Of a stretch of 64,000 bases of DNA, positions 44,021 to 54,039 are shown in pieces; position 1 is the stretch's first letter, and every line of letters starts with the position of its first letter. A program made the translations under genes and the position numbers. The notes under the pieces are model-generated. The model saw only the letters and a list, made by a program, of their open reading frames with translations, was not told the origin of the DNA and did not search any database. Origin of the DNA: an uncultured delta proteobacterium (GTDB lineage Bacteria > Desulfobacterota > Desulfobaccia > Desulfobaccales > 0-14-0-80-60-11); assembly GCA_963709285.1 (NCBI GenBank), contig CAVPVR010000002.1:1491-65490 (forward strand). Reading direction: 5' to 3'.

Positions 44021-46197
44021 ATGGAAGAACGGACATACGCGGCGTATTTGTGCAAGGGCTGTGGCATCGGGGAGGTCTTAAATTTCGCCGACCTGAGCAA
44101 GGTGGCGACCCGGGAGGCCAAACTCAAGAATGTCAAGGAGCATGACGTTCTGTGCAGTCCCGAAGGTCTGGAGATGATCAAGCAGGATATCGCCGACGAG
44201 GGGGTCAACTGCATCCTCATCGCCGCCTGCTCTCCCCGGGTGAAGTTCGAGGAGTTCGACTTCCCCGGTTGCATCGTAGAGCGGGTCGGCCTCCGGGAAC
44301 TCGTGGCCTGGACTCAGGATCCCGAAGACAAGGAAACCCAGCCCCTGGCGGAAGACTATATCCGCATGTATGGGGCCAAGATCAAGAAAGCGGAACTCCC
44401 CGAGCCCTTCCAGTACGAGGAAGAACTCAGCAAGACCATCCTGGTCATCGGCGGCGGCACGGCTGGCCTCTCTGCGGCCCTCTTTGCCGCCCGGCACGAC
44501 TACCAGGTGGTCCTGGTGGAAAAAGAAGCGGAACTTGGCGGCTACGGCGCCAAACTGCACCGTTCCACCCCCACCATCTATCCTTATACCCAGCTCCAGG
44601 AGCCTCCAGTCCTGGCCAAAATCAAGGAAGTGGAGGCCGAGCCCAACGTCCGGGTGCTCACCCAGACCCAGGTGGTAAAAATGGAAGGCCAGCCCGGTCT
44701 TCTGGACGTCACCGTCAACACCAACGGCTCCGAAGAGACCTTTCGCATCGGCACCGTGGTTATGGCTGCCGGCTGGCAGCCTTACGACGCCACCAAACTT
44801 GAAAAATTCGGCTACGGCACTTCGCCGGACATCATCACCAGCATTCAGATGGAGGAGATGGCCAAGAGCGGCAAGATCGTGCGCCCCTCGGACGGGAAGG
44901 CCCCCGAAGCTGTGGCCTTCATCCTCTGCGCCGGTCAGCGCGACCCGGATCACCTGCCATACTGTTCCGATATTTGCTGCGCCTCGTCCGTGAAGCAAGC
45001 CCTCTACGTGCGGCAGGCCAATCCCAATGCCGCAGCCATGATCCTCTATAAGGACATCCGCATTCCAGGTCAACTGGAGCTGTTCTATAAAGAGGCCCAG
45101 AGCGACCCGGGACTGATGCTTACCAAGGCCGAAGTCACCGGGGTGGAACCGGCCCCCGGGGCTAAGCTTAAAGTCACAGCCAAGGACACTCTCCTGGGTG
45201 AAAACATCGCCCTCGAGGCGGACCTGGTGGTCCTGGCCACCGGCATGGTCCCAGTTACGGCGGACGACCCCGTGCTCCAACTGGAATACCGCCAGGGTCC
45301 CGGCCTGCCGGACCTTGAGCTGTTTAACGGCTTTGCCGACTCCAACTTCATCTGTTTTCCTTATGAAACCCGCCGAACCGGCATCTATGCCGCCGGCTGG
45401 CGTGCGCCAGCCCATGGGCATGGCCATGGCCATGGATGACGGCGTGGGTGCAGCCCTGAAAGCCATCCAGGCGATAGAGCATAACGCCGTGGGCATGGCG
45501 GTCCATCCCCGGGCCTGGGATGAAACCTTCCCGGACCCCATCATGCAGCGCTGCACCCAGTGTAAACGCTGCACCGAGGAATGCCCCTTCGGCGCCATCG
45601 ATGAAGACGAGAAGGGCACGCCCTTCTTCAAGATCAACCGCTGCCGCCGCTGCGGCACCTGCATGGGGGCCTGCCCGGAGCGCATCGTCAACTTCAAGGA
45701 CTTTAGCGTGGACATTATGGGTTCCATGCTCAAGGCCCTGGACGTGCCCACCGAGGACGATATGGAAGACGAAGAAGAGGAAGTTCCCCTCCGCCTCCTC
45801 GGTTTGGTGTGCGAAAACGACGCCTATCCGGCCCTGGACGCCGCGGCTCTGAACAAGCTGAAACTCAACCCGGCGGTTCGCTTCGTGCCGTTGCGCTGCA
45901 TGGGTTCCTTCAACCTGGTGTGGGTCTCCGACGCTTTTTCCCGGGGCGTGGACGGCATGCTCCTCCTGGGCTGTAAGTACGGTGACGATTATCAGTGCCA
46001 CTTCGCCAAGGGCAGCGAGCTCGTGCGCCTACCGGCTCACCAAGTTGTCGGAAACCCTGGACAAGCTGGGTCTGGAAGCAGACCGGGTGCAACAGATTCA
46101 AGTGGCCATCTCTGAGTTCGACCAGCTCCCGCAAGTTGTCGAAGATTTCGTGGTGCGGCTCAAAGAGATCGGTCCTAACCCCTTTAAAGGCTTGTAG
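44021..46197 (+). pseudogene. qmoB: Qmo complex subunit B (HdrA-like flavoprotein plus 4Fe-4S and MvhD-like C-terminus), with two +1 frame disruptions
   Basis: ORF 44021..45439 runs to ...TGIYAAG. It continues in the frame of ORF 45198..46115 (VRQPMGMAMAMDDGVGAALKAI...CTQCKRCTEECP...), then in the frame of ORF 45982..46197 (CAYRLTKLSETLDKLGLEADRV...). The shifts are at about 45399 and 46023. Confidence 0.9.
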
Positions 46198-46209
46198 GAG
46201 GTGTGATCC

Positions 46210-47368
46210 ATGGCTGGCGAAACTCTTATTAAACCGGATCTGCAATTCGTCAAGCGGATCGTCGCCGCCGGGGGGGACACCGCCAAGAAGTGTTACCAGT
46301 GCGACACCTGCGACGTGGTGTGCAACCTGAGCCCCGACGAAAGACCTTTTCCCCGGAAAGAGATGCTCATGGCCCAGTGGGGTCTGACAGACGTCCTCAA
46401 GGACCCGGACATCTGGCTGTGCCACGCGTGCAGCGACTGTACCGTGCATTGCCCCCGGGGGGCCAAGCCCGGGGAGGTGCTGGGGGTCTTGCGGCAGATG
46501 TGCATCGAAAAATACGCCTTCCCGTCTATCCTGGCCCGCATGGTGGGGGACATCAAGTTCCTGCCCGTCCTCATCGCCTATGCCCGTGGTGCTTCTCCTG
46601 GTGTGGCTGTTTGGCATGGGCTTCCTCGGAATCAAGGTGGCGGGAGGCATGGTCCATAAAGGCATCGCCCTTCCTGAAGGACCGGTGATCTACTCCAAGC
46701 TGTTCCCCACCCTGTGGGCCATTGACGCTATCTTTGTACCAGCGTTCTTCTTCGCCGTCGGGGTCCTCGGTCTTGGGGTCATGAGATTCTGGAAGGACCT
46801 CAACGAAGCCAACCCCTGGAAGGTGAAGCTCCATGGCAATCTCATCGGCAACCTGGTGGCGGTGGTCCAGGACATCCTGTGGCACAACCGCTTTCGGGAA
46901 TGTGAAACGACCTTTGGGCGGGCGCTGAACCACCTCTTGCTGGTCTTCGGGTTCATCTTCCTGGCCGTGGTCACTGGCTGGGCCTTTTTAAAAGAGTGGG
47001 TCTTACACCAGGATTCTCCGTACTTTTTCTTTTCGCCCATCAAGCTCCTGGCCATGGTGGGCACCGCCGCCTTGCTCTATGGCATCTGGCAGATCTACCA
47101 GGCCCGCCAGGAAAATGCGGAGAAAGCCGGTTACGGCACCTACTACGACTGGCAGCTCATCTATCTCATCATGGCCGTGGGCTTCACCGGACTGGGCTCC
47201 TGGGTCTTCCGGCTCCTGGGCTCGACCACCCTGGCCTACCCCACCTACTTCGTGCACCTGGTGTCGATCTTTTGTCTCTTCTTTTATGCGCCGTACACCA
47301 AGATCGCCCACCTGGTTTACCGCACCGTGGCCATGCTGTATGCCCGCATGGCGGACCGGGGTTTTTAA
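46210..47368 (+). pseudogene. qmoC: Qmo complex subunit C (HdrC-like Fe-S domain fused to an HdrE/NarI-like membrane cytochrome b), with one +1 frame disruption
   Basis: ORF 46210..46659 (CYQCDTCDVVCN...CHACSDCTVHCP...FLPVLIA) continues in the frame of ORF 46580..47368 (MPVVLLLVWLFGMGFL...). There is an extra T at about 46579. AGGAGG RBS. Confidence 0.9.
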
Positions 47369-47393
47369 AACCTGCTGACAAAACTACAAACAC

Positions 47394-47422
47394 AACCGGC
47401 CCCCACGGGGGCCGGTTTTTTT
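47394..47422 (+). terminator. Rho-independent terminator of the sat-apr-qmo locus
   Basis: aaccggccccc-ac-gggggccgg stem-loop followed by a T7 run, 26 nt after the qmoC stop. Confidence 0.75.
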
Positions 47423-47482
47423 ATGAAACATTACCTATACCGATTATTCTCTTTGCTCTAAGAGAGAATAATGCTTTTTTAG

Positions 47483-47553
47483 TGGGGGGAGGGCCAGTGA
47501 CCACGACCCCAGTAGCACGGGCTTCCAGCCTGTGGGAACCCCCCTCTCCCGGA
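47483..47553. repeat. G/C-tract repeat with an internal hairpin
   Basis: gtggggggagggccagtgaccacgaccccagtagcacgggcttccagcctgtgggaacccccctctcccgg. Confidence 0.6.
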
Positions 47554-47560
47554 AGGCGTC

Positions 47561-48208
47561 CTACCGGCTGAACCGGATGGAGTCCATGATCCTTTGCATC
47601 ACCGCCCGGTGTTGTGGGAACTGGCTCGGTTCGGAGGCGGCCATGAAGTTGTAATAATAATTCTGTCCGTCATAGCACTGCCAGATAATGCGCTGGAAGC
47701 CGCCAGAGCCCTTTTCCGCAGTTTCGATGGTTTCCCAACCGATGACGTTGCCCTGGTTCCGGCGCTTCACCGACAGGTACTTGTTGATGGTCATTTCCTC
47801 TCTGGCCTGTTTGTAACCGGCGTCCACCGCGGCTTTGCGGGGAAAGCTCGGGACCATCTGGGTGAAATGGAATTGGAAAGAAGCAGTGGTGCCGGGTTTC
47901 ATGAACGTCGGTCGGTTACCGGTGGGGTCTCCTCCTTCAAGACGCCAGCCCGCCGGGATGGTGTAGGAAAAAGGCCGCTTGGTGTTCCTGTAGGTCGTAT
48001 CCGAAGGCAAGCCGGGGCCCCCCACTTTCTCATCCGCCACCCCGTGGGGCGCCTCTCGCCCGGGGCTGGTAGTTTCCTGCTCTGCACCCCGGCGCGCGGC
48101 GTCAATGCCCCGCCGGATGGGGCCCCACTGCGCCAGGAGAGCCGGAGGCACGAGGAGCATCACTGTCAACAATCCCGCCAGAATCCACCACCGTGTTGCA
48201 CTGCCCAT
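47561..48208 (-). CDS. Secreted or membrane-anchored hypothetical protein
   Basis: ORF 47561..48349; likely start ATG at 48208 behind AGGAGG (MGSATRWWILAGLLTVMLLVPPALLAQW). No family recognised. Confidence 0.55.
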   Translation of the reverse strand: MGSATRWWILAGLLTVMLLVPPALLAQWGPIRRGIDAARRGAEQETTSPGREAPHGVADEKVGGPGLPSDTTYRNTKRPFSYTIPAGWRLEGGDPTGNRPTFMKPGTTASFQFHFTQMVPSFPRKAAVDAGYKQAREEMTINKYLSVKRRNQGNVIGWETIETAEKGSGGFQRIIWQCYDGQNYYYNFMAASEPSQFPQHRAVMQRIMDSIRFSR

Positions 48209-48395
48209 AATCTTCCTCCTAGTTTGAAATATGTGGAGAAGTATGCCCAAGAAAGAAGTTCTTAGCCTTAATCGACCCCTCGGCCCCATACTAAAAGTGA
48301 AATTTTCTCTTGGCAAGGCTTTATTGGCGGGGTCAGAGTTTTTTCTCACCGGGAAATTTCAGGGTTTTTTGATACAATATGACAAATGACTCAAA

Positions 48396-49202
48396 ATGAA
48401 GGAGTTGTCTATGGTTGATCTAAACCTGCAGGCGGTGCGCCCGGTGAAGCTCACCCCCGAGAGCCGCTTTCGTTTTCGCTGCCACCCGGGTGTCTCCTGC
48501 TTTACAGCCTGCTGCGGTAAAACTACCCTTATTCTCACCCCCTATGACATCCTGCGCCTGAAGCAGCGCCTGGGGATCACCTCCACCGAATTTCTCGAAC
48601 GCTATACCCGGCGGGACGTGCACGACAAATCGGGCCTGCCCCTGGTTATTATGGATATGCCCCGTTACGAGGGCATCTGCCCCTTTGTCAGACCCGTGGA
48701 GGGCTGCCTGGTTTACACCGACCGCCCCGCCACCTGCCGCTACTATCCGGTGGGTCAGGGCACTCTGGTGACGGAAGAGGGCGTGGATGAGTTCTACTTC
48801 CTGGTCACGGAAGAACACTGCAAGGGCTTTGAGGAAGACGCCGAGTGGAACGTGGAGACCTGGAAGAAGGACCAGGGAGCCGACTATTACGACGACATAA
48901 ACCTGGAGTGGAAGTCCATGATGCTCAGGCGCAGCTCCGTGGGCAAGCCCGACATCGACGACAAGACGGCCAACCTCTTCTACACGGTGATGTATGACCT
49001 GGATCAGTTCCGGCGCTTCATCTTTACCACTCGCTTTCTCAACGTCTTCACCGTGGACGAGGACACCCAACAGCGCATCTACGAAGACGACCTGGAACTT
49101 CTGAAATTCGGCTACCAGTACCTCAAGATGGCCCTGAAAATCGAAGACACTATCCAACTCCAAAAACCCATGGAGCCAAACCAGGACACCACGTCGGTGT
49201 GA
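48396..49202 (+). CDS. YkgJ-family cysteine-cluster (CxxCxxCC-type) protein
   Basis: 268 aa. FRCHPGVSCFTACCGK...LTPYDILRL... and later ICPF...C...TCRYYP. Assignment by motif only. Confidence 0.6.
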   Translation: MKELSMVDLNLQAVRPVKLTPESRFRFRCHPGVSCFTACCGKTTLILTPYDILRLKQRLGITSTEFLERYTRRDVHDKSGLPLVIMDMPRYEGICPFVRPVEGCLVYTDRPATCRYYPVGQGTLVTEEGVDEFYFLVTEEHCKGFEEDAEWNVETWKKDQGADYYDDINLEWKSMMLRRSSVGKPDIDDKTANLFYTVMYDLDQFRRFIFTTRFLNVFTVDEDTQQRIYEDDLELLKFGYQYLKMALKIEDTIQLQKPMEPNQDTTSV

Positions 49203-49275
49203 GGGGTTGGGATTCTTGAGGGGAGTGCTGGGGAGCATGGCTTCCTTGCACTGGGGCACGGCAAGCCGTGCCCTT
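49203..49275. repeat. G/C-tract repeat with an internal hairpin
   Basis: ggggttgggattcttgaggggagtgctggggagcatggcttccttgcactggggcacggcaagccgtgccc. Confidence 0.55.
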
Positions 49276-49421
49276 ACAATTTTCACCTTACCCTTTGACC
49301 GGGAGCGCCGGCAACTTGCCTGTGCTACCTCAGCAAGAACCTTGTTTTCCCTGATAACATGGTAAGGAGCAGGGTTAAAGGGCCGCGCCCAGTAACCCCT
49401 CCTGCGTTCAAGGAGAAGCTT

Positions 49422-49838
49422 ATGAGCGAGGTAACGGCCGGTCCGGAGGAGATCAAGGCCATCCTCCAGGACTGCAAGGTGGTGGCGGTGGTGGGGCTCT
49501 CTCCCAAGCCGGAGCGGCCCAGCTTTCGGGTGGCTCATTATCTCAAGGAGCACGGTTACCGAATTGTCCCGGTGAATCCCGGTCAGAAAGAGATCCTGGG
49601 TGAGAAGTGTTACCCCAACCTGAAAGAGATTCCCTTTCCCATTGAAGTGGTGGATATTTTCCGCAATGTGGAGGCCATTCCGGCCATCGTCGACGAAGCC
49701 ATTACCATAGGGGCCAAGGTGGTGTGGATGCAACAGGGCCTGGTGGAACACGCCTCCGCCCAGAAAGCCAAGGAGGCCGGCCTCCAGGTGGTCATGGACC
49801 GCTGCATGAAAGTGGACCACGCACAGCTTTTAGCGTGA
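49422..49838 (+). CDS. CoA-binding domain protein (YccU/YneT-like)
   Basis: ORF 49359..49838; ATG at 49422 behind AAGGAG. KVVAVVGLSPKPERPSFRVAHYLKEHGYRIVPVNP...VDIFR. Confidence 0.85.
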   Translation: MSEVTAGPEEIKAILQDCKVVAVVGLSPKPERPSFRVAHYLKEHGYRIVPVNPGQKEILGEKCYPNLKEIPFPIEVVDIFRNVEAIPAIVDEAITIGAKVVWMQQGLVEHASAQKAKEAGLQVVMDRCMKVDHAQLLA

Positions 49839-49865
49839 GGACGAGATGATTTTTTTGGGAGAGGG

Positions 49866-50045
49866 GGCCAGGGGTCGCGGACCCCTGCCCCCTCTCCCAA
49901 ACCCTCTCCCCCAACCCCTTATTTGGGGATTTTAGGGCCGGAAAGTCGGGCCTTGGGCCCGCCTTTCCGGCCCGACTTATGCGGGTTGGGAGGGGGGCTT
50001 GGGGGGAGGGCAGGGACCTCAGGTCCCTGGCCCTCCCCCCAAAAC
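49866..50045. repeat. Composite G/C-tract repeat cluster (core in inverted orientation)
   Basis: tgggagagggggccaggggtcgcggacccctgccccctctcccaaaccctctcccccaacccctta ... ggccggaaagtcgggcc..gcccgcctttccggcc ... gggaggggggcttggggggagggcagggacctcaggtccctggccctcccccc. Confidence 0.7.
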
Positions 50046-50118
50046 TTTTAACAACCCCTCAACTTATGTGGTGCTTGTGCCGAAAAGGCATGAGACTCCA
50101 TGTTGAGGAGGCCTAGCC

Positions 50119-50727
50119 GTGGGAATCATCCTGGCCCTGGTCGCCGGCTTGGGCGGCGCTCTGGTGGGGGCCTTTTTAAGCGGCCGCATCATCGCCTATG
50201 CCCACTATTTGAATAAACAAAAGCTGGTCCGGGACCGGGAGGCCCGCACCCTGCTCAATCTCTTCCAGGCCCTGCAAGCTGAGCTCGCCGCACTCTGGAC
50301 GGCTTACGAGGCTCTGGTGGGAGAAGAACTGGAGCGCGCCGACAAGCCTGAGGAACTGGCTTACGCCGGGGTCATCAGCGCCTCCCAGCATTACTTCAGT
50401 GTCTATGACAACATGGCGCACCTCCTGGGGACCCTGGAGCCGGACTCCGGCAAGCGGCTCATTGATACCTACGTGAACCTGAAGACCTATTTTGACGAGC
50501 TGAATACCTATCAGCGCCTCACGGACAAAACGCGGGAGGTCCGTTTGAGGACCAATGTCAATTTGTATGAGGCCCGGGAACTTCGGCAGGAGCACGAAAA
50601 CTTTTTCAATTATCTGAAAAAACGGCACTTTCAGTTGAAGGGCCTGGTGCTCGGGACCCTGGAGATGCTCAAGGAATTCATTTCTTTGGGAGAACAAGCC
50701 CGCACTTCCGTTACCCTGAAAATTTGA
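50119..50727 (+). CDS. Hypothetical protein with an N-terminal TM helix and a helical body
   Basis: 202 aa, GTG start. MGIILALVAGLGGALVGAFL then a coiled/charged sequence. Flanked on the left by a repeat cluster. No family recognised. Confidence 0.4.
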   Translation: MGIILALVAGLGGALVGAFLSGRIIAYAHYLNKQKLVRDREARTLLNLFQALQAELAALWTAYEALVGEELERADKPEELAYAGVISASQHYFSVYDNMAHLLGTLEPDSGKRLIDTYVNLKTYFDELNTYQRLTDKTREVRLRTNVNLYEARELRQEHENFFNYLKKRHFQLKGLVLGTLEMLKEFISLGEQARTSVTLKI

Positions 50728-50848
50728 TATTTACGCCTCCTCCTTCCCCGTGGTAAGAATGTAAGTAAATTTATTAGGGGGATGGAGGATAGGTGCGTTT
50801 CCCTTTTACTGACCCTCTTCCCCCACAAAAACCGTTCACTATGCTCCC

Positions 50849-52378
50849 ATGTTAGCCCGGGTTAAAAGTGGCGCTTTGAAGGGGGTGGACGCCTACATCG
50901 TCGAGGTGGAGGTGGACCTGGCCCCGGGGCTCCCGGCCTTCACCACGGTGGGGTTGCCGGAGACCGCGGTGAAGGAGGCCAAGGACCGGGTGCGGGCCGC
51001 GCTCAAGAATTCGGGCTATAAGTTTCCGGGCAATCGCATCACCATCAATCTGGCTCCGGCGGACGTGCGCAAAGAGGGGACGGGCTTTGACCTGCCCGTG
51101 GCCGTGGGGCTCTTGGCCGCGCAAGGGGTGGTGCCCCCGGAGGGACTGGAGAAGTATTTGCTGTTCGGCGAGCTGTCCCTGGACGGCCGCCTCAAGCCCA
51201 CCCGGGGGGTGTTGTCCATGGCGTTGGCCACAAGGGAGGCGGGCTTGAGTCTCATCCTTCCGCAAGAAAACGCCCGGGAAGCCGCAGTGGTCCAGGGGTT
51301 AGAGCTTTATGCGGTGGAGACCCTGGCCCAGGTGGTGGATTTCCTGGCCGGGCGGGAGCAGCTCGAACCTACCCCACCCCTGGCCCCGGAGGAAGCGGGC
51401 TGGGAGCCCCAAGACGAGGTGGACTTTAAGGAAGTGCGGGGCCAGGAGCCGGTGAAACGGGCTCTGCTCCTGGCCGCGGCCGGGGGTCACAACGTGCTGA
51501 TGGTGGGCCCGCCCGGCGCCGGCAAGACTATGGTGGCCCAGCGCCTCTCCAGCATCTTGCCGCCCTTGAGCTTCGAGGAGGCGGTGGAAACCTCCCGGAT
51601 TTATAGCATCATGGGGCTCTTGCCGCCGGGTCAGGCGCTGCTCCGCCAGCGGCCCTTCCGCTCCCCCCACCACACCATTTCGGATGCCGGGCTCATCGGC
51701 GGCGGCACCAGCCCCAAGCCCGGAGAGGTGTCCCTGGCCCACCATGGCGTGCTCTTTTTAGATGAACTCCCGGAGTTCAAGCGGGCCACCCTCGAGGTTC
51801 TACGCCAGCCCCTGGAAGATGGCCGGGTCACCATCTCCCGGGCCACCAGTTCTTTGACCTACCCGGCCCGTTTCATGCTGGTGGCGGCCATGAATCCCTG
51901 CCCCTGCGGCTTTTACGGGGACCCCAGGAAGCCCTGCACCTGCAACCCCCACCAGATCAACACTTACCGCTCCCGCATCTCGGGGCCGCTTTTGGACCGC
52001 ATCGATCTCCAGGTACAGGTGCCGGCGGTGCGTTTTCAGGAATTGGCCGGGTCGGAAGACGGTCAACAGAGTTCCCCAGCCATGCGGGCCCGGGTGCTTA
52101 TGGCCCGGGAAAAGCAAAGAGCCCGTTTCACCACAGGAAAGATTTTCGCCAACGCCCACATGACGCCGAAGCTGTTAAAAGAGCACTGTGCGTTAACGGA
52201 AGAAACCCGGCGACTGTTGGAGGCGGCCATGGAGAAGCTGGCCCTGTCGGCCCGGGCCTATTCCCGCATCCTGAAGATCGCCCGCACCATCGCCGACCTG
52301 GAAGGGGAACCAAACCTCGCCCCGGCTCACGTGGCCGAGGCCATCCAATACCGCACCCTGGACCGGAAGTTTACTTGA
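50849..52378 (+). CDS. comM: YifB/ComM-family Mg-chelatase-like AAA ATPase
   Basis: 509 aa. MLARVKSGALKGVDAYIVEVEVDLAPGLPAFTTVGLP..., Walker A GPPGAGKTM, FLDELPEF. Confidence 0.93.
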   Translation: MLARVKSGALKGVDAYIVEVEVDLAPGLPAFTTVGLPETAVKEAKDRVRAALKNSGYKFPGNRITINLAPADVRKEGTGFDLPVAVGLLAAQGVVPPEGLEKYLLFGELSLDGRLKPTRGVLSMALATREAGLSLILPQENAREAAVVQGLELYAVETLAQVVDFLAGREQLEPTPPLAPEEAGWEPQDEVDFKEVRGQEPVKRALLLAAAGGHNVLMVGPPGAGKTMVAQRLSSILPPLSFEEAVETSRIYSIMGLLPPGQALLRQRPFRSPHHTISDAGLIGGGTSPKPGEVSLAHHGVLFLDELPEFKRATLEVLRQPLEDGRVTISRATSSLTYPARFMLVAAMNPCPCGFYGDPRKPCTCNPHQINTYRSRISGPLLDRIDLQVQVPAVRFQELAGSEDGQQSSPAMRARVLMAREKQRARFTTGKIFANAHMTPKLLKEHCALTEETRRLLEAAMEKLALSARAYSRILKIARTIADLEGEPNLAPAHVAEAIQYRTLDRKFT

Positions 52379-52432
52379 TAAAGCTGGCTAATTTAGGCGG
52401 CAAGCCGGATTGCCCGAGACCACCTACCCCTC

Positions 52433-53134
52433 ATGATTATTTCAGCCAATCAGCCGTATTTTTGCCCGTATCCGGGGTTTTTCTACAAGGCCCACCTTTC
52501 TGACGTCTTGGTAATTCTGGATGAGGTGCAGTTTCCCCGGGGCACCACCTGGCTCAGCCGCAACCGATTTAAAAATGATCAGGGTGAATTGTGGCTCACC
52601 ATTCCGGTCTGGAAGAAGGGCCTGGGACTGCAAACCATCAGCCAAGTGAAGATCTGCCAGGAGGGCCGCTGGCCTCGCAAGCACCTGGCCAGCCTCACCA
52701 ACGCCTATGGCAATGCCCCTTACCTGGAAGAGCATGTCCCCTTTTTAGAAAAAATGTTTTCCTCCGACTTCACCAAACTGGTGGATTTGAATGTGGCAGT
52801 GATCCGCTACCTGATGGCTTGCTTCCGGCTCGACACGAAACTGGTGCTCCAATCCGAGTTGGGGGTGACAGGCAGGGGAACCCAGCTTCTCCTGGACCTC
52901 TGCCGGGCCCTGGGGGCCTCAACCTTTCTGATTCAAAGCCCGGCGAAAAAATATCTGGAGGCCGACCTTTTCGCCCAAGCGGGGATTGAGCTCCGCCCCT
53001 TTACCTACGAGGCGCCGGTTTATCCGCAACTATGGGGGGACTTCCTCGCCAACCTGTCCGCGTTTGATGTGGTGTTCACCTGCGGTCCCAAAGCCCGGGA
53101 CATCCTGCTGCAAAACCAACCGGCGGTGCGGTAA
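52433..53134 (+). CDS. WbqC-family protein
   Basis: 233 aa. MIISANQPYFCPYPGFFYKAHLSDVLVILDEVQFPRG...RNRFKNDQGELWLTIPV matches the WbqC-like N-terminus. Confidence 0.8.
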   Translation: MIISANQPYFCPYPGFFYKAHLSDVLVILDEVQFPRGTTWLSRNRFKNDQGELWLTIPVWKKGLGLQTISQVKICQEGRWPRKHLASLTNAYGNAPYLEEHVPFLEKMFSSDFTKLVDLNVAVIRYLMACFRLDTKLVLQSELGVTGRGTQLLLDLCRALGASTFLIQSPAKKYLEADLFAQAGIELRPFTYEAPVYPQLWGDFLANLSAFDVVFTCGPKARDILLQNQPAVR

Positions 53135-53155
53135 GATGGGGTTGAATATAGTAGA

Positions 53156-53372
53156 CTTGAGGGGAGGGCCGGGGGATCATGGAGGCACAGGCGTCTCGCC
53201 AGTGCTTCCCTCTACAAGCTTTCCTTCCACCTTGCCTTAAACGGGAGAACAGGCATCCTGCCTGTTTTTGCACAGGCTGGAAGCCTGTGCTCCCGCTTCG
53301 TGTAAGGGGTTGGGGGAGAGTGCTTGGGAGAGGGGGCAGGGGTCCGCGACCCCTGGCCCCCTCTCCCAAAAA
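53156..53372. repeat. Long composite copy: repeat termini enclosing three extra hairpins (MITE-like)
   Basis: The left end is cttgaggggagggccgggggatc. The right end is aaggggttgggggagagtgcttgggagagggggcaggggtccgcgacccctggccccctctcccaaaaa. Cargo hairpins are gcacaggcg-tct-cgccagtgc, acaggca-tcc-tgcctgt+ttttt and gcacaggc-tggaa-gcctgtgc. Confidence 0.7.
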
Positions 53373-53381
53373 TCTAAACCC

Positions 53382-53787
53382 ATGCAGCTAACCGAAAAGA
53401 ACCGGCAGGACCTCTGGACAGCAGCCACCGATGCTGTGTCACGGGCTTATGCCCCGTATTCCCGCATTCAAGGTGGGGGCCAGTCTACTGACTGCTAAGG
53501 GGTATATTTATGCCGGGGCCAATATAGAAAATGCCTCCTATGGCCTCACCCTGTGCGCTGAGCGGGGGGCCATTGCCCAGGCGGTGGCCGCAGAGGGGCC
53601 ATCGATGCACATCAAAGCCCTGGCGGTGGCGAGCAATCAACCCGGCCCCTTTGCACCCTGCGGGGCCTGCCGCCAGGTGATCTTCGAGTTCGGCCCCGAG
53701 GCCCTGGTGATTTTCCAGGGGGAGGAAGGTCTCCAGGAAGTTTTCATCGCCGACCTTCTGCCTGATGCTTTCCGCCTGAGCCCTTAG
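53382..53787 (+). pseudogene. cdd: Cytidine deaminase, with one +1 frame disruption near the N-terminus
   Basis: ATG at 53382 (MQLTEKNRQDLWTAATDAVSRAYAPYSR). It continues in the frame of ORF 53431..53787 (FKVGASLLTAKG...CAERGAI...PCGACRQVIFEF). There is an extra A at about 53466. Confidence 0.85.
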
Positions 53788-54039
53788 GCTGTCCGTGGGA
53801 ATACGGCCAGGAACCTCGGCCCTTCCTTACCTCGTTTTTTCAAGAGATTCAACCATACCAAGAAAAGAAAAATCTTCCCCACCTTGCGGACTACCTCGGG
53901 GACGTCTTACTTTATAAGAAAAATGGGATTGAGGTTCCCCTTTCCCATGATAAGGGTTTTACTTTTAGAATATATTGATATAATTTAAAAATTGAGCATA
54001 TGCCCTGAAAAGGGGACAGGTTACTGGAGGGAGGATGAC

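Noticed and set aside
39541-46579. Frame changes in sat, aprA, qmoB and qmoC read as programmed ribosomal frameshifting or recoding.
   Set aside because: The shift sites share no slippery motif or downstream structure. Identical +1 disruptions occur in unrelated genes across the window. Each is repaired by deleting one base.
49866-50045. Possible CRISPR array among the dense G/C-rich repeats (also 53156..53372 and 60725..60864).
   Set aside because: There is no regular repeat-spacer periodicity, the units are palindromic and occur in both orientations, the copies are scattered singly across the window, and there are no cas genes.
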